DNA of 64,000 nt from Epiperipatus broadwayi (taxonomy: Eukaryota > Animalia > Onychophora). Made by a program: the position numbers and the translations under genes. The stretch is taken from the NCBI GenBank assembly GCA_028023455.1, contig JAQFVV010000011.1, positions 186,001-250,000 on the forward strand, given 5' to 3'. The notes under the pieces are model-generated. The model did not search any database. It saw only the letters and a list, made by a program, of their open reading frames with translations, and had not been told where the DNA came from. The number at the start of each line of letters is the position of its first letter. Position 1 is the first letter of the stretch. Shown piece after piece: positions 12,744 through 26,490 of this stretch.

Positions 12744-14759
12744 ATTCAGTAAGCCTAGTGTTATTTATCTTCTTGAAAATTTCTGGATGATTTCTACTAT
12801 GAGGAATACATGCAATGATTTTTATTTATTTGACAGTTACATGATTAAATAAACTTTATCAATCCCTACCCATGATTAAGCCATTTAAATATAATTTGGT
12901 CAGGTTAGGTTTTATATTTCTTTTAACTTTGAAAGAAATTCCTTTTTTTTTTCACTTTGCAACAATAAAAATAAAGGTGTAAAAATTAAAGAAGATCTTG
13001 TGAAATTAATTTGATAACATTGAAGTTTTTACATTAATTTAAATACTTTCATGGATTTTAATATGATAAACAATAGAAATGTTTACAGAGATCTTTTACA
13101 TTTTGATATTTCCAAGAAACCATCTATTACTGATTGACAGACCTGAGGCTAAACATTTTTTTTCTATTACTTATATAATAACTCTTTTGTTCTAGATTTA
13201 GTTTTTATCTTTATTTTTATTTAAAGTAAAAGAAAATCCTTTTCTGCTTCAAGCTCAGTTGCTATAATGATTTCAAGTAGAAGAGGATATTTTTTATTTC
13301 ATCTAAATCTTGGACAAAAGAGCTATTATATAAATTAATAGAGAAAACTTGTAATTTGTTATCTCTGTTGACATGGATATAATCTCTTAATTTCTATTGT
13401 TTGATAATGTAAAGATTTGATTCTAGAATAAATGACACATTCCATTTCTTAAATATGGCATCATTTTTTTTTAAAACCTGTTGGCAAAATAAATAGCACA
13501 TCCACTTTTCATTTTTATGACAATGTGAAAGTTTTCTATGAGTAGTTGAAGACTTTTGGGCAAAATTACGATTTTTTAAAATCTATATTCAAGCCAGATA
13601 TATAATTATTGGTCAGTAAATAAATATCTAAAGTGAATCAAAATAATCCCATAAAACTTATCATCACACAAAAATTAATAGTCTGTCTTATCTTTTATTG
13701 TTCTTCTATAGACAGATTCTATGAGGATATTTATTCTATAGTTGGTAAAAATGTAATATATATATATATTTTTAAAAGGTATTCTTCAAAGCTTATCAAT
13801 GTTTAGAAAGGGTTAATTTATAAATACTCACTATGTTTTGATGCAGTTCCGATTATCTCATCTACTATTCATTCTTTATGCTTGTGAAAGCATCTTGAAA
13901 ACATAACACATTATTTCTTTCTTAAGTATTTAAAATATATTTTTTAATGTTTATTGAGATCTAGTCAAAAGATACTGCATTATGAAGGAAAAGTAGTTTT
14001 AGCATTCTATATATGATTATAGTATGGCTTACCAATTATTTATCATTTTATCAAATTGAAGATTAGCTAAGTAAAATAATCTATTCGTTTGTGAATAATT
14101 TTTCATGTAATTAAAAAAAATAAGGCAGCAATCTTCAAAAAGACTTGCTATATATATTGACAATATCCATAAGTTCTTTCATGGTGCATATAAAATCTGT
14201 GAGGTATATATGGTATATATAATCAAATAATCAAATGATTTATTGCCTAGAAGTAGTAGGGTTGCAGTTGTGATGTGTAGATTTTCAGTTTAGAGAGTTT
14301 GTTATTCTACCATTGCATGAAAAAATGCAGAGCATATATAAAGTATATATCAGAAAATTTTTGATATCAACAATGAATAAAGAATGGTTTCTGTGCAATA
14401 TTTTTTTGTAATATAAATAACCAATGGCAACACTACTGATGATATTCAGTGTTATTATTATCTTATAGTATCATGCCTAACTATCCTAATTTGGCTTCAA
14501 GAAGAGAAATTAATAAACATGAGCATTAAAATTCAAAGTGGAAGGAAGCATATTGGGAAACAGATTAGGGTGATGCAAAGAATATTTTTGAAGCACTATA
14601 GGTAAGAAGGGACAATGGAATAGTGGCTCTTTCTGCAATTTGATTTTTAATTCCAATCATGTCACCTGATATGTTTTTTATTACAAAAAAGGCAGTATAA
14701 CATTTTTCTATTTTTAAAAATATAATTTTCTTTAGAACAGCCCTGAAAATACTTGAAAG

Positions 14760-14851
14760 AGTCAAGCGTTGGTGGCCGAGTGGTTAGTGCAGCTGTCTTA
14801 CAAGCAGTTGTCCCGCGGTTCGCTTCCCGGCTGACGCTTTGACACATAAAA
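14760..14851 (+). mobile_element. tRNA-Gly-derived short SINE
   Basis: GCGTTGG...CTGACGC acceptor stem, A- and B-box-like motifs, TTTGACACAT plus poly(A). Perfect 14-bp TSD AAAATACTTGAAAG at 14746-14759 and 14852-14865. Confidence 0.9.
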
Positions 14852-15419
14852 AAAATACTTGAAAGCATTATATATCTACTTGTTTTTGTTTTAAAAACAA
14901 AAAGATGGGAAGATTGCTTAAGCATGCATTAATAATAACAAAATTTCTAAAAGTTAAAAAGATTCAAGAATAAATAATTTATTATAATTTAATATAATTA
15001 TTAGTGTGTAGTCATGCTAAGATTCTTACTACTATAAAAAAAATCAATCAAAAAGTAAGGGCAATATGTTAATTAAAAAAACCTGTAGTTATGAACAACA
15101 GAAGCTATTAATAACAACAATTAAAGACAGATAAGTTTAAACTTTGGATGCAAAACATGCCACTGTCAATCCTTCTAATGTTATGACAGGATTAAATGGA
15201 AGTACACTACCGAAATACCAGAAATATCAAGATTTACTGTTAATCGTAAATTTTCTTCATCTCTACATAAAAAAAATTAAAATCTACTGTTCATAAGTGT
15301 CAAAAAAATGGTCTTAGGTAAATGAATAATTTTGTCTGCATACAATAAATTGCAAAAAATGGATTATGTCCTGAACATGAGGATCATAGTGACTTATGGT
15401 CAACATGGATAGGATGAGA

Positions 15420-15750
15420 AGGTTGGCACCAATGTGGGTTTTGAATGTTCCATCATCAGTTTTTTAATGAAATGAATGGCTGAAGAGTTGTGGATGGAAT
15501 GGATTGAAACCTGTCCATTAAAGTATGAAGATTGGCTATCTTAATATAAGCTCAGCATTGATTGTATATATGTGTGGAAATGATAATCTGGACCAACTGA
15601 TGAGCACAAAATATGTATATTGGTTATTATTTTTCTTTTCGACATGTGTGTTATCAAGTTTGTCAGCAGTATGAGATAGTGTGGATAGTTGAGGGTCATG
15701 TGAAAGTCTGAGTTCAACCCCCCTATATATTACATATTGGAGTGCAGGTA
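15420..15750 (+). mobile_element. Family B1 element (stem II partly deleted)
   Basis: ATAATCTGGACCAA CTGATGA GCAC AAAA TATGTATA TTGG at 15583-15630. Upstream and downstream sequence matches 24233-24555 and 43245-43550. Confidence 0.8.
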
Positions 15751-17824
15751 TGAAAACGTCTGTACTGTAGAAAAAATTCATATATTAATACTACTTAGTA
15801 TTTTAAGGCTCTACATTTTCCATAGAGATCTAATTCTCCAAGAGATGATTTTTACACATTAGATCTTCTTTAAAAAAGTTTTATATCATCAGATATTTAG
15901 TAACACTAAAAAATTGGAAGTAGCAATATATAAAAAGCTTTAGGAATATATATATTTTTTGAGTTAAAATCAAGAAATCTAATAAATTATACAAAAAAAA
16001 AACAAAAAAACAACTACTATACATTGTAATACAATAGGAATATAATTTAATCTATAAGTGCTAATTTTTGGGGATTCACATATTTAACATTTGCTTTAGA
16101 CAAATACACTAATTATTATTACAAAACATTTATTAGTCTAGAAATTATATTTTTAGCCCAGGCTTAAATTATAAACATGTTGAAGATATGCAAAATGTAT
16201 AACATGGGCTATTTGAAGAATGCTAGTTCAACCACCAGAAATGTCTTTATTCATATGTTTGAAGTACATATGCTAACATAAAAGTTTTAAGTATATCTAA
16301 AATAATGTTAAAATTAGAGTTGTTTTTCCCAATCACAGATGGTTTTATCAAGTTTTCTTTTTATATCTTTTATGTCATCTTAAGATGGATTGATCTTGAA
16401 CATTACAGAATGCATCAGTTTTCTCCTAATTAATTGGGCATCATTAATTTTGCTTTTATAAAATATATATATTGAATTAAATATTTTTCATGGATTGTTA
16501 TTCTAATAAAAAACAGAAAATAAGATTATATCCATGTAAACAGAAATTGTCAATTAGTAGTAATTGATGGTTTCCTGGCAACATCAAAGGCAAGATTATC
16601 TCTGTTTTCATGAATAAATCTCCTTATTTTCTTTTATATTTATATATATAATTTTATACACAATTTATCAACTTCATACTAAATTTTTCTTACTTTTTTT
16701 TAGGATTCTATCTATAAAACAAAAAGCTAACGTGGTCACATATTTTTATTTCTATGCTATATGATAAAATAATGTTATTAGCAAATTCATATTTAATTAT
16801 TTATTCATCTATGATCTCTGTATAGGTCTCTGCTGATATAAAAGTACAGCCATTGTCCCAGTCAGGCTAAGTCATATCAATCAGAGACTTTTGCCTCCCA
16901 AATTTGATCATTTTTACCCTGCACTAAAACCATCTATTATTGTAAGTTGGATAATCAATAGATACCATAATATATTACTAAATTTTTTTTATCTCCAGAC
17001 TGTTGTTTTTATTTTGCCCATGTTTGATGTTCAATGATTATTCATGCTTACAGTGGATGGCTATATCATAGGATTAGAATAACAACTCTTGAAAATATGA
17101 GCGGACCATGTAATTTCGCTGTTGGTTTACACTTTTATCTTCTAATATATATATATATAAATCAAACCAGAGATTAAATATATTAAATGAAATTAATTAA
17201 ATTGAGTATACTTTCAACATGTGTGCATAATAATCATGATTGTTCTGTTAGGAATCTAAGAGATCTATTTTTTTGAAGACTGTTAGATCTTTGATTCATT
17301 GCATATATATTTTGTGTAATAAACCAAGCCTTTAATCTTACATTTTCTATTGTTTTTTTCTTCACACATTATTTTAATAATACTAGGAAGCAGCAAAATG
17401 GACTGTCCTTAAACTTAGTTCTGTGAAACAAAAATTAATCTGAAAACAAGATTAACACAACACATCTTGATGTACAAAAAAGCTAAGATGATTCAACTAA
17501 TACATTTATATTTTTACAACCACAAAATATAATATGAACACAGTTTTGATCCTAGTATTATTACAGCAATGTGTGTAGAAAGAAATGATAGAACATGTAA
17601 GATTAAGGTGTGGTTCATCACACAAAATGAATATGTAATGAACCAAAGATTTAATAATAGTCAAATCAGCAAAAAAAATGGTCTCTTAGATTCTCAGCAG
17701 AACAATCATGATTATGACACACCCATGTTGAAAGTATACTCAGTTTAATTAATTTCATTTAACATATTTAATCTCTGTTTTTTTAATATTATTATTAATA
17801 ATGACAGAGCAAAAGTAAAAATAA

Positions 17825-18106
17825 TAAATACAATGGTGATTAACTACTTTTCAATCTGTAGAAGTACTTTCAATTAATTGCTTAACTCTCTTCAATTGCT
17901 GTTAAATTAAAAAAACATAATGAAATATAATTAATAGACAAGCTGTTAGCATTAAAATTTGGGAATTCTGTGGTTTGAGTTAATAAAATTTGCTTCACTT
18001 ATATTTTCTGAATTTAATGGTAGCTTAAGAGAGTTAAGTAATTAATTGAAAGTACTTCTGCAGACTGAAAGACTGAGTATAATAGTTAATCAACATTATA
18101 TTTATT
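17825..18106. repeat. Inverted-repeat element (MITE-like)
   Basis: About 70-bp arms (GAAGTACTTTCAATTAATTGCTTAACTCTCTT / AAGAGAGTTAAGTAATTAATTGAAAGTACTTC) around an about 130-bp spacer. Confidence 0.75.
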
Positions 18107-18441
18107 TTCATTATTATTATAATATTTTTTAATTAATGGACATTTTATTTGTATTAAATATATAATACATATTTGCTAACTATTATTGAAGAATAGTTAC
18201 GATTAACTATGTAAAAGAATTTTAATTCTAAGTATGCTTGTAAAATGTCTATTATTTACCTACACTGAAACTGGATCCTTAAGCATGGAAAATGGCTATG
18301 CTATCTAATATATCATGACACCTTCATGAAAATATTAAATAATGAAAAAAGAATGAATAACATATATATATATAAAACCATAAAATGCCAATAGCTAATT
18401 GGTTTCCATATGTAAAGCATATCATAACAGGAAATGCTTAA

Positions 18442-18512
18442 AAGCTAATAGAATATCAACAATCTCTTGTCAAATATGTTTTGATAACATACTGTTGATA
18501 TTCTATTAGCTT
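18442..18512. repeat. Perfect 20-bp inverted repeat with 31-nt loop
   Basis: AAGCTAATAGAATATCAACA at 18442-18461 and TGTTGATATTCTATTAGCTT at 18493-18512. Confidence 0.85.
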
Positions 18513-18999
18513 ATTAAATTTTAGCTGTGGTAATTTATGTATGGGTATTTCAAAATGTGACCATAGTGTGAAAAGTTGATCTGACTTCTGTCTTGATGAT
18601 GGTTGTGATATGATTAAGTAAAGATGAAAAATGCACTAATAAAAACAAAAAAAAAAAACCCTGAATGTATATATATTAGACAATCTGCTGAAAAATAGGC
18701 TTTTAATAATCTCTAGAGCTTATTGTCATGATCAAATCATATCTTGCCATTGTTAACTCTTACCAGAATTATTGTAGCATTTAAGAATCATTGTAAAGCA
18801 AAAGAATAATTATGAGATGCCATAGAGATTTGATAAAATAAAATATTAAAAGAAAAATAGTTATAATTTGATGTAATCATTACTTTCATTCAATACAAGA
18901 TGACAGTGTGGACTGAAAATTACTAGATTATTTGCTAAACGTTGCAACAAATTTAGCAGTATAGGATTTGACTAAATAAATTTTGAAAAAAAAAGTTGA

Positions 19000-19400
19000 C
19001 TCAGCAATGGAACTTAGTATAAAATCTGTAAAAGAATTGCAAGCAATTGATAGTGATTAAACTATCAAAGAGTTTGGACCAATTCAAGATTAACAATTGA
19101 GATCAAGATAATAATTAATCAAGACATTAGTTATAGCATTTTTCTATATGGATCAGAAAGCTAGACAATGTATTCCAGCAAAAAAATTAAAAATCTGTGC
19201 CATGATCAAGAATTACGCAAAATGGTAAATCAAAATAATCATCAGAGAGGACATTACATCATGCTATGAGGCAATATTTCACATTAGTAAACTAAGACTT
19301 TGAATATTTATAAAAGTTGGAGTCAAACGAACATAGAAGGACATGAACAAGGCATCTCTGAAATACTTTTTCATTAGTTCTATTAAGTATCAAAAAATGT
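19000..19400 (+). mobile_element. Highly decayed RTE-like LINE fragment
   Basis: Reads LIKTLVIA / FLYGSES*TM, matching the RTE post-RT motif LYG(S/C)ESWT. Confidence 0.5.
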
Positions 19401-19430
19401 CTCTGGACCACATTAAATGATATAAAAAAA

Positions 19431-19542
19431 TAGTCAAGTGCTGTTAGCCGAGAGGTCATCGTGGCCGCCTTGCAAGCAAGAAGTTGGTTGCAGACGGTTG
19501 TGGATTCGCGTCCCGGCCGGTGCTATGACATATGAAAAAAAA
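19431..19542 (+). mobile_element. tRNA-derived short SINE (variant subfamily)
   Basis: TAGCCGAGAGG...GGATTCGCGTCCCGGCC, then TATGACATATG and poly(A). 15-bp TSD AAATGATATAAAAAA at 19415-19429 and 19543-19557. Confidence 0.9.
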
Positions 19543-19599
19543 AAATGATATAAAAAAGTATTGCAAAGTAAACTAACAGATAAAAAAATGGTAACAAAA

Positions 19600-21000
19600 G
19601 ATCTGACAACTGAAGAGGACTGCCGCTGTTTTCGTCATTTAATTTTTTGTCAACCCCAACAAAATATTCTATAACTCGCTTCGGATATTTGGCTATCTAT
19701 TCATGAATAGTATGTAAAGAGAGCAAAAGCTATCCTTTATACTTGATATCAATACTGCTTTAATACTGCGGTATAGTTTGAACCATATCTTAGATTTCCT
19801 TAAAAGTGCTTTAAAATTAAAATATATTTATAAAATTTATAACGTGAAAGCAGTTCACCATTATTAATAATTGATCAAAATTTTTTGCATGAATAAGATT
19901 TTCCAACTTATGTGCTTATAGATATCACAATAATAAAAAGAGCGAGAGAGAAAGGCGAAAAAACAGTGGATTAATAGTAACTAATATATATATATAGCAA
20001 ATTAAACGATTGGGTGTTTTAAAAAATAAAAGTAAATTATTTATTTTTGACTATCATTTTTACCCTATTCCCCCCATTATAATATACCATTAACGAAAAA
20101 AAGAACGTCTATATGTATACCAATATGGAAATAGTAAGTTTTGCGCATTATTTTTACTGAATTAAAACCGATTAGTGTACTTACTACGTTAAAGAATATT
20201 ACCGACTAATCTGTTCCGGAGGGTGATGTTAAAACAGATGGTGTGAGTCTATTTCTTTATTATCACCACCGTAAATATAAAAGACGTGATGCTTCGTTAA
20301 ATAAACTAGTCGATTCGCCCAGACATAAAAATTAAGTAAATTTATCATAATTGATTAGGGAACGTCTTCGCTGAAATTTGTCATAATAATATAGTGACGA
20401 AAACACTGCAATCACAATCATAGGTAAATGATAGTTACACAACAGTCTAGTAGTTTCTATTATCAGTTATAAAGCGATAAGAACGATTAAAATCTAGCAA
20501 AAGTGAAAAAATTACAGACGCTGCCAAATTATAATACTTTTGCCTAAATCCGTAATAACTGTAAAAGAATGTACCGTATATTTATCGAAAGAGACTCTCA
20601 CCCCATTAAGTGTAATAATTAGTAATAAAAGTTTTCTATTTTCTCTTAACCATCTTTCAATAAAATATTGCCATAGGTGGTTGCGGATTCTAGATCTCGA
20701 AGATTGTATGAATCGCGGCCTAGCTCTGCAATATTCGATGCGCGAATTTTTATGAATTCCCTAGCATTCTATTATTTTTTGATTTAATAAAATACTTTTA
20801 TGGAATAAAAACTTATACAAAAAAATTTATAACGAAGCCATTTATTTTGCATTATTTTTAATTTAGTAAAAAAAATTTATGGAATAAAAACTAATACAAA
20901 GAAATTTATAACAAAACTGTTTATTTTTCATGATCACGTAAACACGCGCACGCACACACACGAAGCTATATTTTTTGGGTCAAAGATTTATGTGATAAGA
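19600..21000. promoter_or_regulatory. CpG-retaining region, possible promoter
   Basis: Many CG dinucleotides relative to the flanks, for example 20680-20750. No gene could be assigned. Confidence 0.3.
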
Positions 21001-22074
21001 TGATCAGATAATTTGAATTGAATTCCAATTATGAAATAATTCTTTATTTAGCAATTGAGTTTTTTTATTTTTATAGCTTAACAGTAAAAATTAGTTTTAG
21101 TTAAGTTCTCTATGGAGACTAGTTGCAATAGATTACTACGACCAACATCAATTTGCTAAACGAACTTTCATAATTCTTCTTTTGAAGGAAGTATTTTTTC
21201 TGAAAATGTTTTTAAAAGTAAATGATGCTGAAGTAATTTTAAAACTATCAAGGTCGATCGATAGCTTTGAATTATTTTGAACCCATGTCATAGAAAATCG
21301 AATCTGATAGTCCCAGCATTGGATGCCTAATTTTGTTGTGCAATGTTGCTTTCTTAATGATATTTATTATAGCTAAGAACAGCTAAATACCCATTTATCA
21401 AACAATAATGAATTTGATTAGTTGGGTTGGCTATAGTCTAACTACTTAAAATAAAAAATCTTAAGTGAGATTGAAACCAGAAAAAAATTTCTAATTATAT
21501 TTGTTCTGGGTTTGAGCCTGATCATGGGAATGAAGAGTGGATGAGTTGTCAGTACATCATGAAGCTTTCCTTAAAATTGATTACTGGATATTCTATCTAG
21601 AAAAAAGTTCTATTTAGTTGGAATATTATTTATTGCGAAGTTTAGACTATAACCATTAATCCACTGTCACAGCTTAAAAATTAACAAAATTATAAAAAGC
21701 AATTAGGGCTTATTTAATTAGTCCATAGTAAGAATTGAATGTTTTGGATTGATTTTTTTAAATGCTTGTAGATAAAGTATCTTAAATTTTTCTGTTACAT
21801 ACACATAAATTAAGTCATCTAGAAAAAAATTATGAAGTAATTTATATTTTAAATAAATAGGATGTTTTTGTTTTTTTTGAGGTAATACCCTATGAATGAT
21901 CTTTTAGCAGGATTAATGTAAGTTAATCATAACTTTTGCCGTTCAAAATTGGTAATTTTGTCACTATTAATGTTAATGACTTTGCCAATCTATTTTCTAT
22001 GACGTTTGATATAAACAAATTAATATCAATGAAATTTTAAATCTCTTTCATTTTTTATGATAGTAGCAATATGC

Positions 22075-22950
22075 TCTTATCATCATCAACTTCTAAAGGC
22101 AACTCTGGTCGTTGTGGCCGCAATGTTTTAACTTTAGCAATTCATTTCATATCTTTGTATATTCTTGGCCTGTCTCTAAATCTTCTTAAAAGTTTTGCCT
22201 TTCAAAATATTTTGTAAAAATATATTGTTTTAAAATGAGCCAAAATCTTAATCTTGCTCATTTTTATATATTTAATAGATCTCTTTCTACTCCAAGTTTT
22301 CTTAATATTTGATCATTAGCATTCTTTTCTATCCAACTTATTTTAACTAATCTTCTCCAAAGCCACATTTCCATTTCCTCTAATCTTTTTATTTTTTGTT
22401 TACCCCCAATAACCATATTTCACAACCATATGTCAATATATTCCAAATGAAGGTTTTAACACATTCTAATTTTTATGTCTATATTTTTATTCGGTAATAA
22501 TATTTTTTTTATTTGGCAAAAACACATTTTGCTAACATTATTCTTTGTATCAAACTATTATATTTTTGGGTTTAGCCATGTCTTTGAGTATATGTTTTAA
22601 AAAATGAAATATATATAGTTTGTTGATTTTTTTTTTTTTTTAATTCAGTTTTATATATCAGGAGATAATTTTAACAAAAGTCAACAATCTCTTTTGTCAT
22701 AAGCTAATTTTAATAAACTCTATGATTTGATATACAGGCTATTGAAAGAAATCAGTCTATGTATTATCCCTTGAACTTATGTATAAAACACATATATTCA
22801 TCTAAATTTTACTTTATTTTAATTCTTTCAAAACCGCAACATCATAATATTAATATCCCTAATTTTATTAAATTTTATTGATTGATTTAATCTTAAACTA
22901 TTTCTCATGGTTTTTTTATACATGGATATAATGATTTCATTCTCAACACT
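22075..22950 (-). mobile_element. Decayed RTE-clade LINE 3' part (second lineage)
   Basis: Minus strand gives ILTYGCEIW...KRLEEMEMWLWRRLVKISWIEKNANDQILRK and ends in GATGATGATAAG. Confidence 0.8.
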
Positions 22951-23989
22951 TAAAATAAATATACATATATAAATTTGCAGTTTTTGTTTTGATGGTTTCA
23001 GACATTTTTTTAAGCTTGGAAATTAAATTTAAAACAAAACTATATTGTAAATATCAGCTACTTTCAGATGAAAATTTTTCAAATGAGACTGAAATTTATA
23101 ATATCAAAATAGGCAGTAAGTTTGTGTTTTCCACAAATAACACATTCATTTCCTATAGATCTTCTTTTAGACTTATTTTTTAAATTATGCCATGGGGGCT
23201 TATTACTCGTCTTTTGTTTTTTATATTTGTTTTAAAACATAGCATATGGCATGGATATTTTTTCGGATTAAGATTTCTTGTTTGTACATTTTTGCAGTGA
23301 AAATTATACTAAATGTAAATCTTTCTTTATAGTACAGTAGTTTATCCTATTATAATCGTGGCACAATAGATTGCAGAGAAAAATTATACATTTCTATAAA
23401 AAAATTATTTAAGGAATCAAAATAAATTTTATTCTTCAATCTATTTTATTCACTTTCAGTAACCAGAAAATTCTCATTATAAAATTATTTTTGCATATTG
23501 AATAAATAATATTTTCGTATAAAGTGTTATAATGTTAAAACACTATTTTACCCACACAGTATAATGCAACATAATATTTTTATTAATTTTTCCAATCCAG
23601 TTAATTAAGTCTTTCCAAAAGCATTTTCTTTTCTATTTACAAACTTTAAAAAAACTTTGTAATCAAAATTTTTTCTTTTCTTTCATTTCCTTACAACATT
23701 TAGCATAAAACAATTAAAATAATTGATTTAATTTTTAAGTACAGACTTACATTTTAGAATAGCACTGAAGGATGTCCTTCTCTGTCTAATCTGATGAATA
23801 AATTTAATTAACCAGATAAAATGCTGTCCCACAAGGCTATGCTTAGACAAAAATAGTACTGTTATTAGTAGTATATTAATAATTTTTATTAGTCATTGAA
23901 TGGCAAATAAAAATTAATATATTTCCATCAAGTGATTTCTGTCAAAATTGTCAGGACAGCAAGTTTGATAGTTATCAATTAAACTGTCG

Positions 23990-24232
23990 TAATTGTCTAT
24001 CTATATATGCTGAACAATGATAAATATATGTGTAAGGAATTGAGATTTAATCCAACTGATCTATGATCTTCATGGTGCACATTTGTACTGAACCAGCACT
24101 CATCTTTTTTCCATGTCTTTTTGGTCATATGATTATGATTACACCCTTCTCAAGATGTTAAAAAGTGAATAGAAATCAGTCTCCATCTTGCTTGAGAGTG
24201 ATGGAGTGAAAATTACACTGACTTGAGGTCAA
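23990..24232 (+). mobile_element. Family B2 element with internally inverted hammerhead segment
   Basis: Flanks are colinear with 58080-58300, but about 24058-24104 matches the ribozyme segment only as its reverse complement. Confidence 0.75.
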
Positions 24233-24555
24233 AATGGGCATAACAATAATATTGTCATCAGCATGGGATTTGGGCATTTTATCATCAGATTTTCAATGGT
24301 ATGAATGGCTGAAGAGTTGAAGGTTGGAGTAGATCAAAGCCTATCCATTAAAGTATAAAGATTTTCTATCTTAATATAAACTGAGCACTGATTATATATG
24401 TGTGTGGGAGATGATAATCTGGACCAACAGATGAGTGCTGATCCAGCACAAAATATGGATATTGGTGATTATTTATCTTTTCTACATGTGGGTGGTCTGT
24501 GATAATGCAAATAGTTGAAGGTTGCTTGAAAGTCTGAGTTCAAATACCCTATAAT
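24233..24555 (+). mobile_element. Family B1 element
   Basis: ATAATCTGGACCAA CAGATGA GTGCTGATCCAGCAC AAAA TATGGATA TTGGTGATTAT at 24414-24472. GAAAGTCTGAGTTCAAAT near the 3' end. Confidence 0.8.
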
Positions 24556-25029
24556 TAAAATAAATATTATTCATTATGTTGTTATTAATTGTTTTTCAAT
24601 AATAAAATTTTATTAGTATTGTTAAAAAAATAAAAACATTGCCTGTAATATCTTATTCATTAACATAAAACAATATATAATAATACTCAATTATAATGCA
24701 CACACATATACAGTTTCACTTCCTTTCCTCTATTGTATATTTACATAAAAAGATATTGCATCTTGCATTGACCCACATAATGACAATTCTCTATAATGGC
24801 AGAACTTTTAAAATATAAAATTGTAATTATGTCACAGCATTTAACCACTTAGTCATATATTTAGCAACAAATTATTTTTGAATGTCATTTTAATTATAAG
24901 ATTATAATAGTTAGGCATAACAATTTGATTTACAGGTGTCAAAATTTCTGCATTCAGAACTTTGATGTCATTCATTTCTTGTGTTTCAAGAATATCAGAA
25001 AGAATGAAAGTTTTATGTACATCTAATAA

Positions 25030-25560
25030 AGTTAAAATAGAAATTCATATAACATTACAATACTAGCCAAAATAACAAATTTTTTTACTAAAATTTTTAC
25101 ACAACCACGGTTTCATCTATTAACAAATAGTCTTCAAGTGTGATTCAATTAAACATACAACCTATACAAAACAAAACCGTCTTCCCATCATTCACTTCAA
25201 CAACCAACTTCCTTTCACATCAAAGGATGTCTTCATGAGATTGATAGCCTAAGATTAAAAAAAAATTATCATCAAACTTTCTTTTACTCTTCCTTTCAAT
25301 TTACTTTTTTTCATAAAAGGTAATTGAAAAGAAGAAAAAAAAAGTGAATTGAAAAGAGGAGTAAAAGAAGCTTTGATAATACATTTTTTTGAATCCGAGA
25401 TCATCAATCTCATTAAGAGATCCTTTGATGTGAAAGAAAATTGGTTGTTGAAGTTAATGATGGGAAGACTATTTTGTTTTGTATATATTTAATAAAAAAA
25501 TTTGTTGTTTTGGCTAATATTGTAGTGTAATATGAATATCTATTTTATTTTTAATTGTTA
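25030..25560. repeat. Large foldback element
   Basis: About 25163-25312 is inverted with about 25335-25475, and about 25035-25090 with about 25492-25560. Confidence 0.8.
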
Positions 25561-26138
25561 GTATAGCATTAAGCAGCATTTAATTATTAATAAAGTTAGT
25601 ATATATTGTATACTGATTTGGGCTAATTAAATAGCTGCTATGTCAAGTACTTGATTTTAAAAGTGGGCACAAACATCTTAGTGTAAATGCTGAAAATATG
25701 TTAAATCCTTCACAAGTCCTTTAATTACATTTGTATATTAGTTAGCTTTATATAAATAAAAACATTAATATGATTTTTATTTAAATAATAAATAAACTTA
25801 GATTCTTGAAAATAAGCTTAAATAATCAGTGCATTACCATTTGGGAATCATTGATTATTCAAGCTTACTATAGATGTCTCTAGTAGCTCTTTTGTGATGT
25901 ATTGGTGGAACTAAAGAATTAAGCAATTGTTTTATATTCTTATTAGTGAAAAAATAAATAGAGTTTTTTGGTTGCTGTAGTAATTACTAATATCTGAAAA
26001 ATAAACAATGAAAAAAATTTTTTTTTTCAAGAATTAATAATCATAACATCTAAAATTTTTATTTCTTAGCTTAATTTTTAGCTAAATAAAAACGATTTCT
26101 TTCTTTATACAGTTTTTATTTAGTTAGAAGAGCAATAA

Positions 26139-26490
26139 ACCACTCAATGAAGTATGGAGAGATGCATGTTAGGAATAACAAGAAGAGATCGAAAACAAAA
26201 TACATGGGCGAAAGAACAAAGGTGTTATTGACATCATTGAAATAATTAAGACTGAAATGGAATTGGGCTGTACATATTACTAGAAGAGAAGATAATAGAT
26301 GGACGGTTGAAATCTTAAATGAGATTCCAAGAGATTGTAAAAGACCACATGTTAGATGGATGGGTGAAATAAAGAAGAGTGCTGAAGTGATGTGGAAAAG
26401 AGAGCTAGAGATCAGAGAAGATGAATTGAACTTAGAGAGACCTTCCTCCTGTAATAGGTTGATAATGGTTAAAATGATGACGATGATAAA
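26139..26490 (+). mobile_element. RTE-clade LINE 3' fragment
   Basis: Matches the 3' end of 54685-55415 (LKWNWAVHITRREDNRWTVEILN). ATGATGACGATGAT tail. Confidence 0.9.

Noticed and set aside
14766-14838. Functional tRNA-Val(TAC) gene
   Set aside because: The D stem is mismatched, the T arm has an insertion, and it has a poly(A) tail and a 14-bp TSD. The body is Gly-like, so it is a SINE copy.
20640-20770. CpG-rich ORF (20540-20755) and a minus-strand peptide SYNLRDLESATTY resembling fibronectin type III
   Set aside because: The match is too short, the rest of the FN3 pattern is missing, and the acceptor is weak.
23790-23830. Isolated CTGATGA
   Set aside because: No stem II, GAAA or stem I partner. 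The same applies to the minus-strand CTGATGA near 11590.
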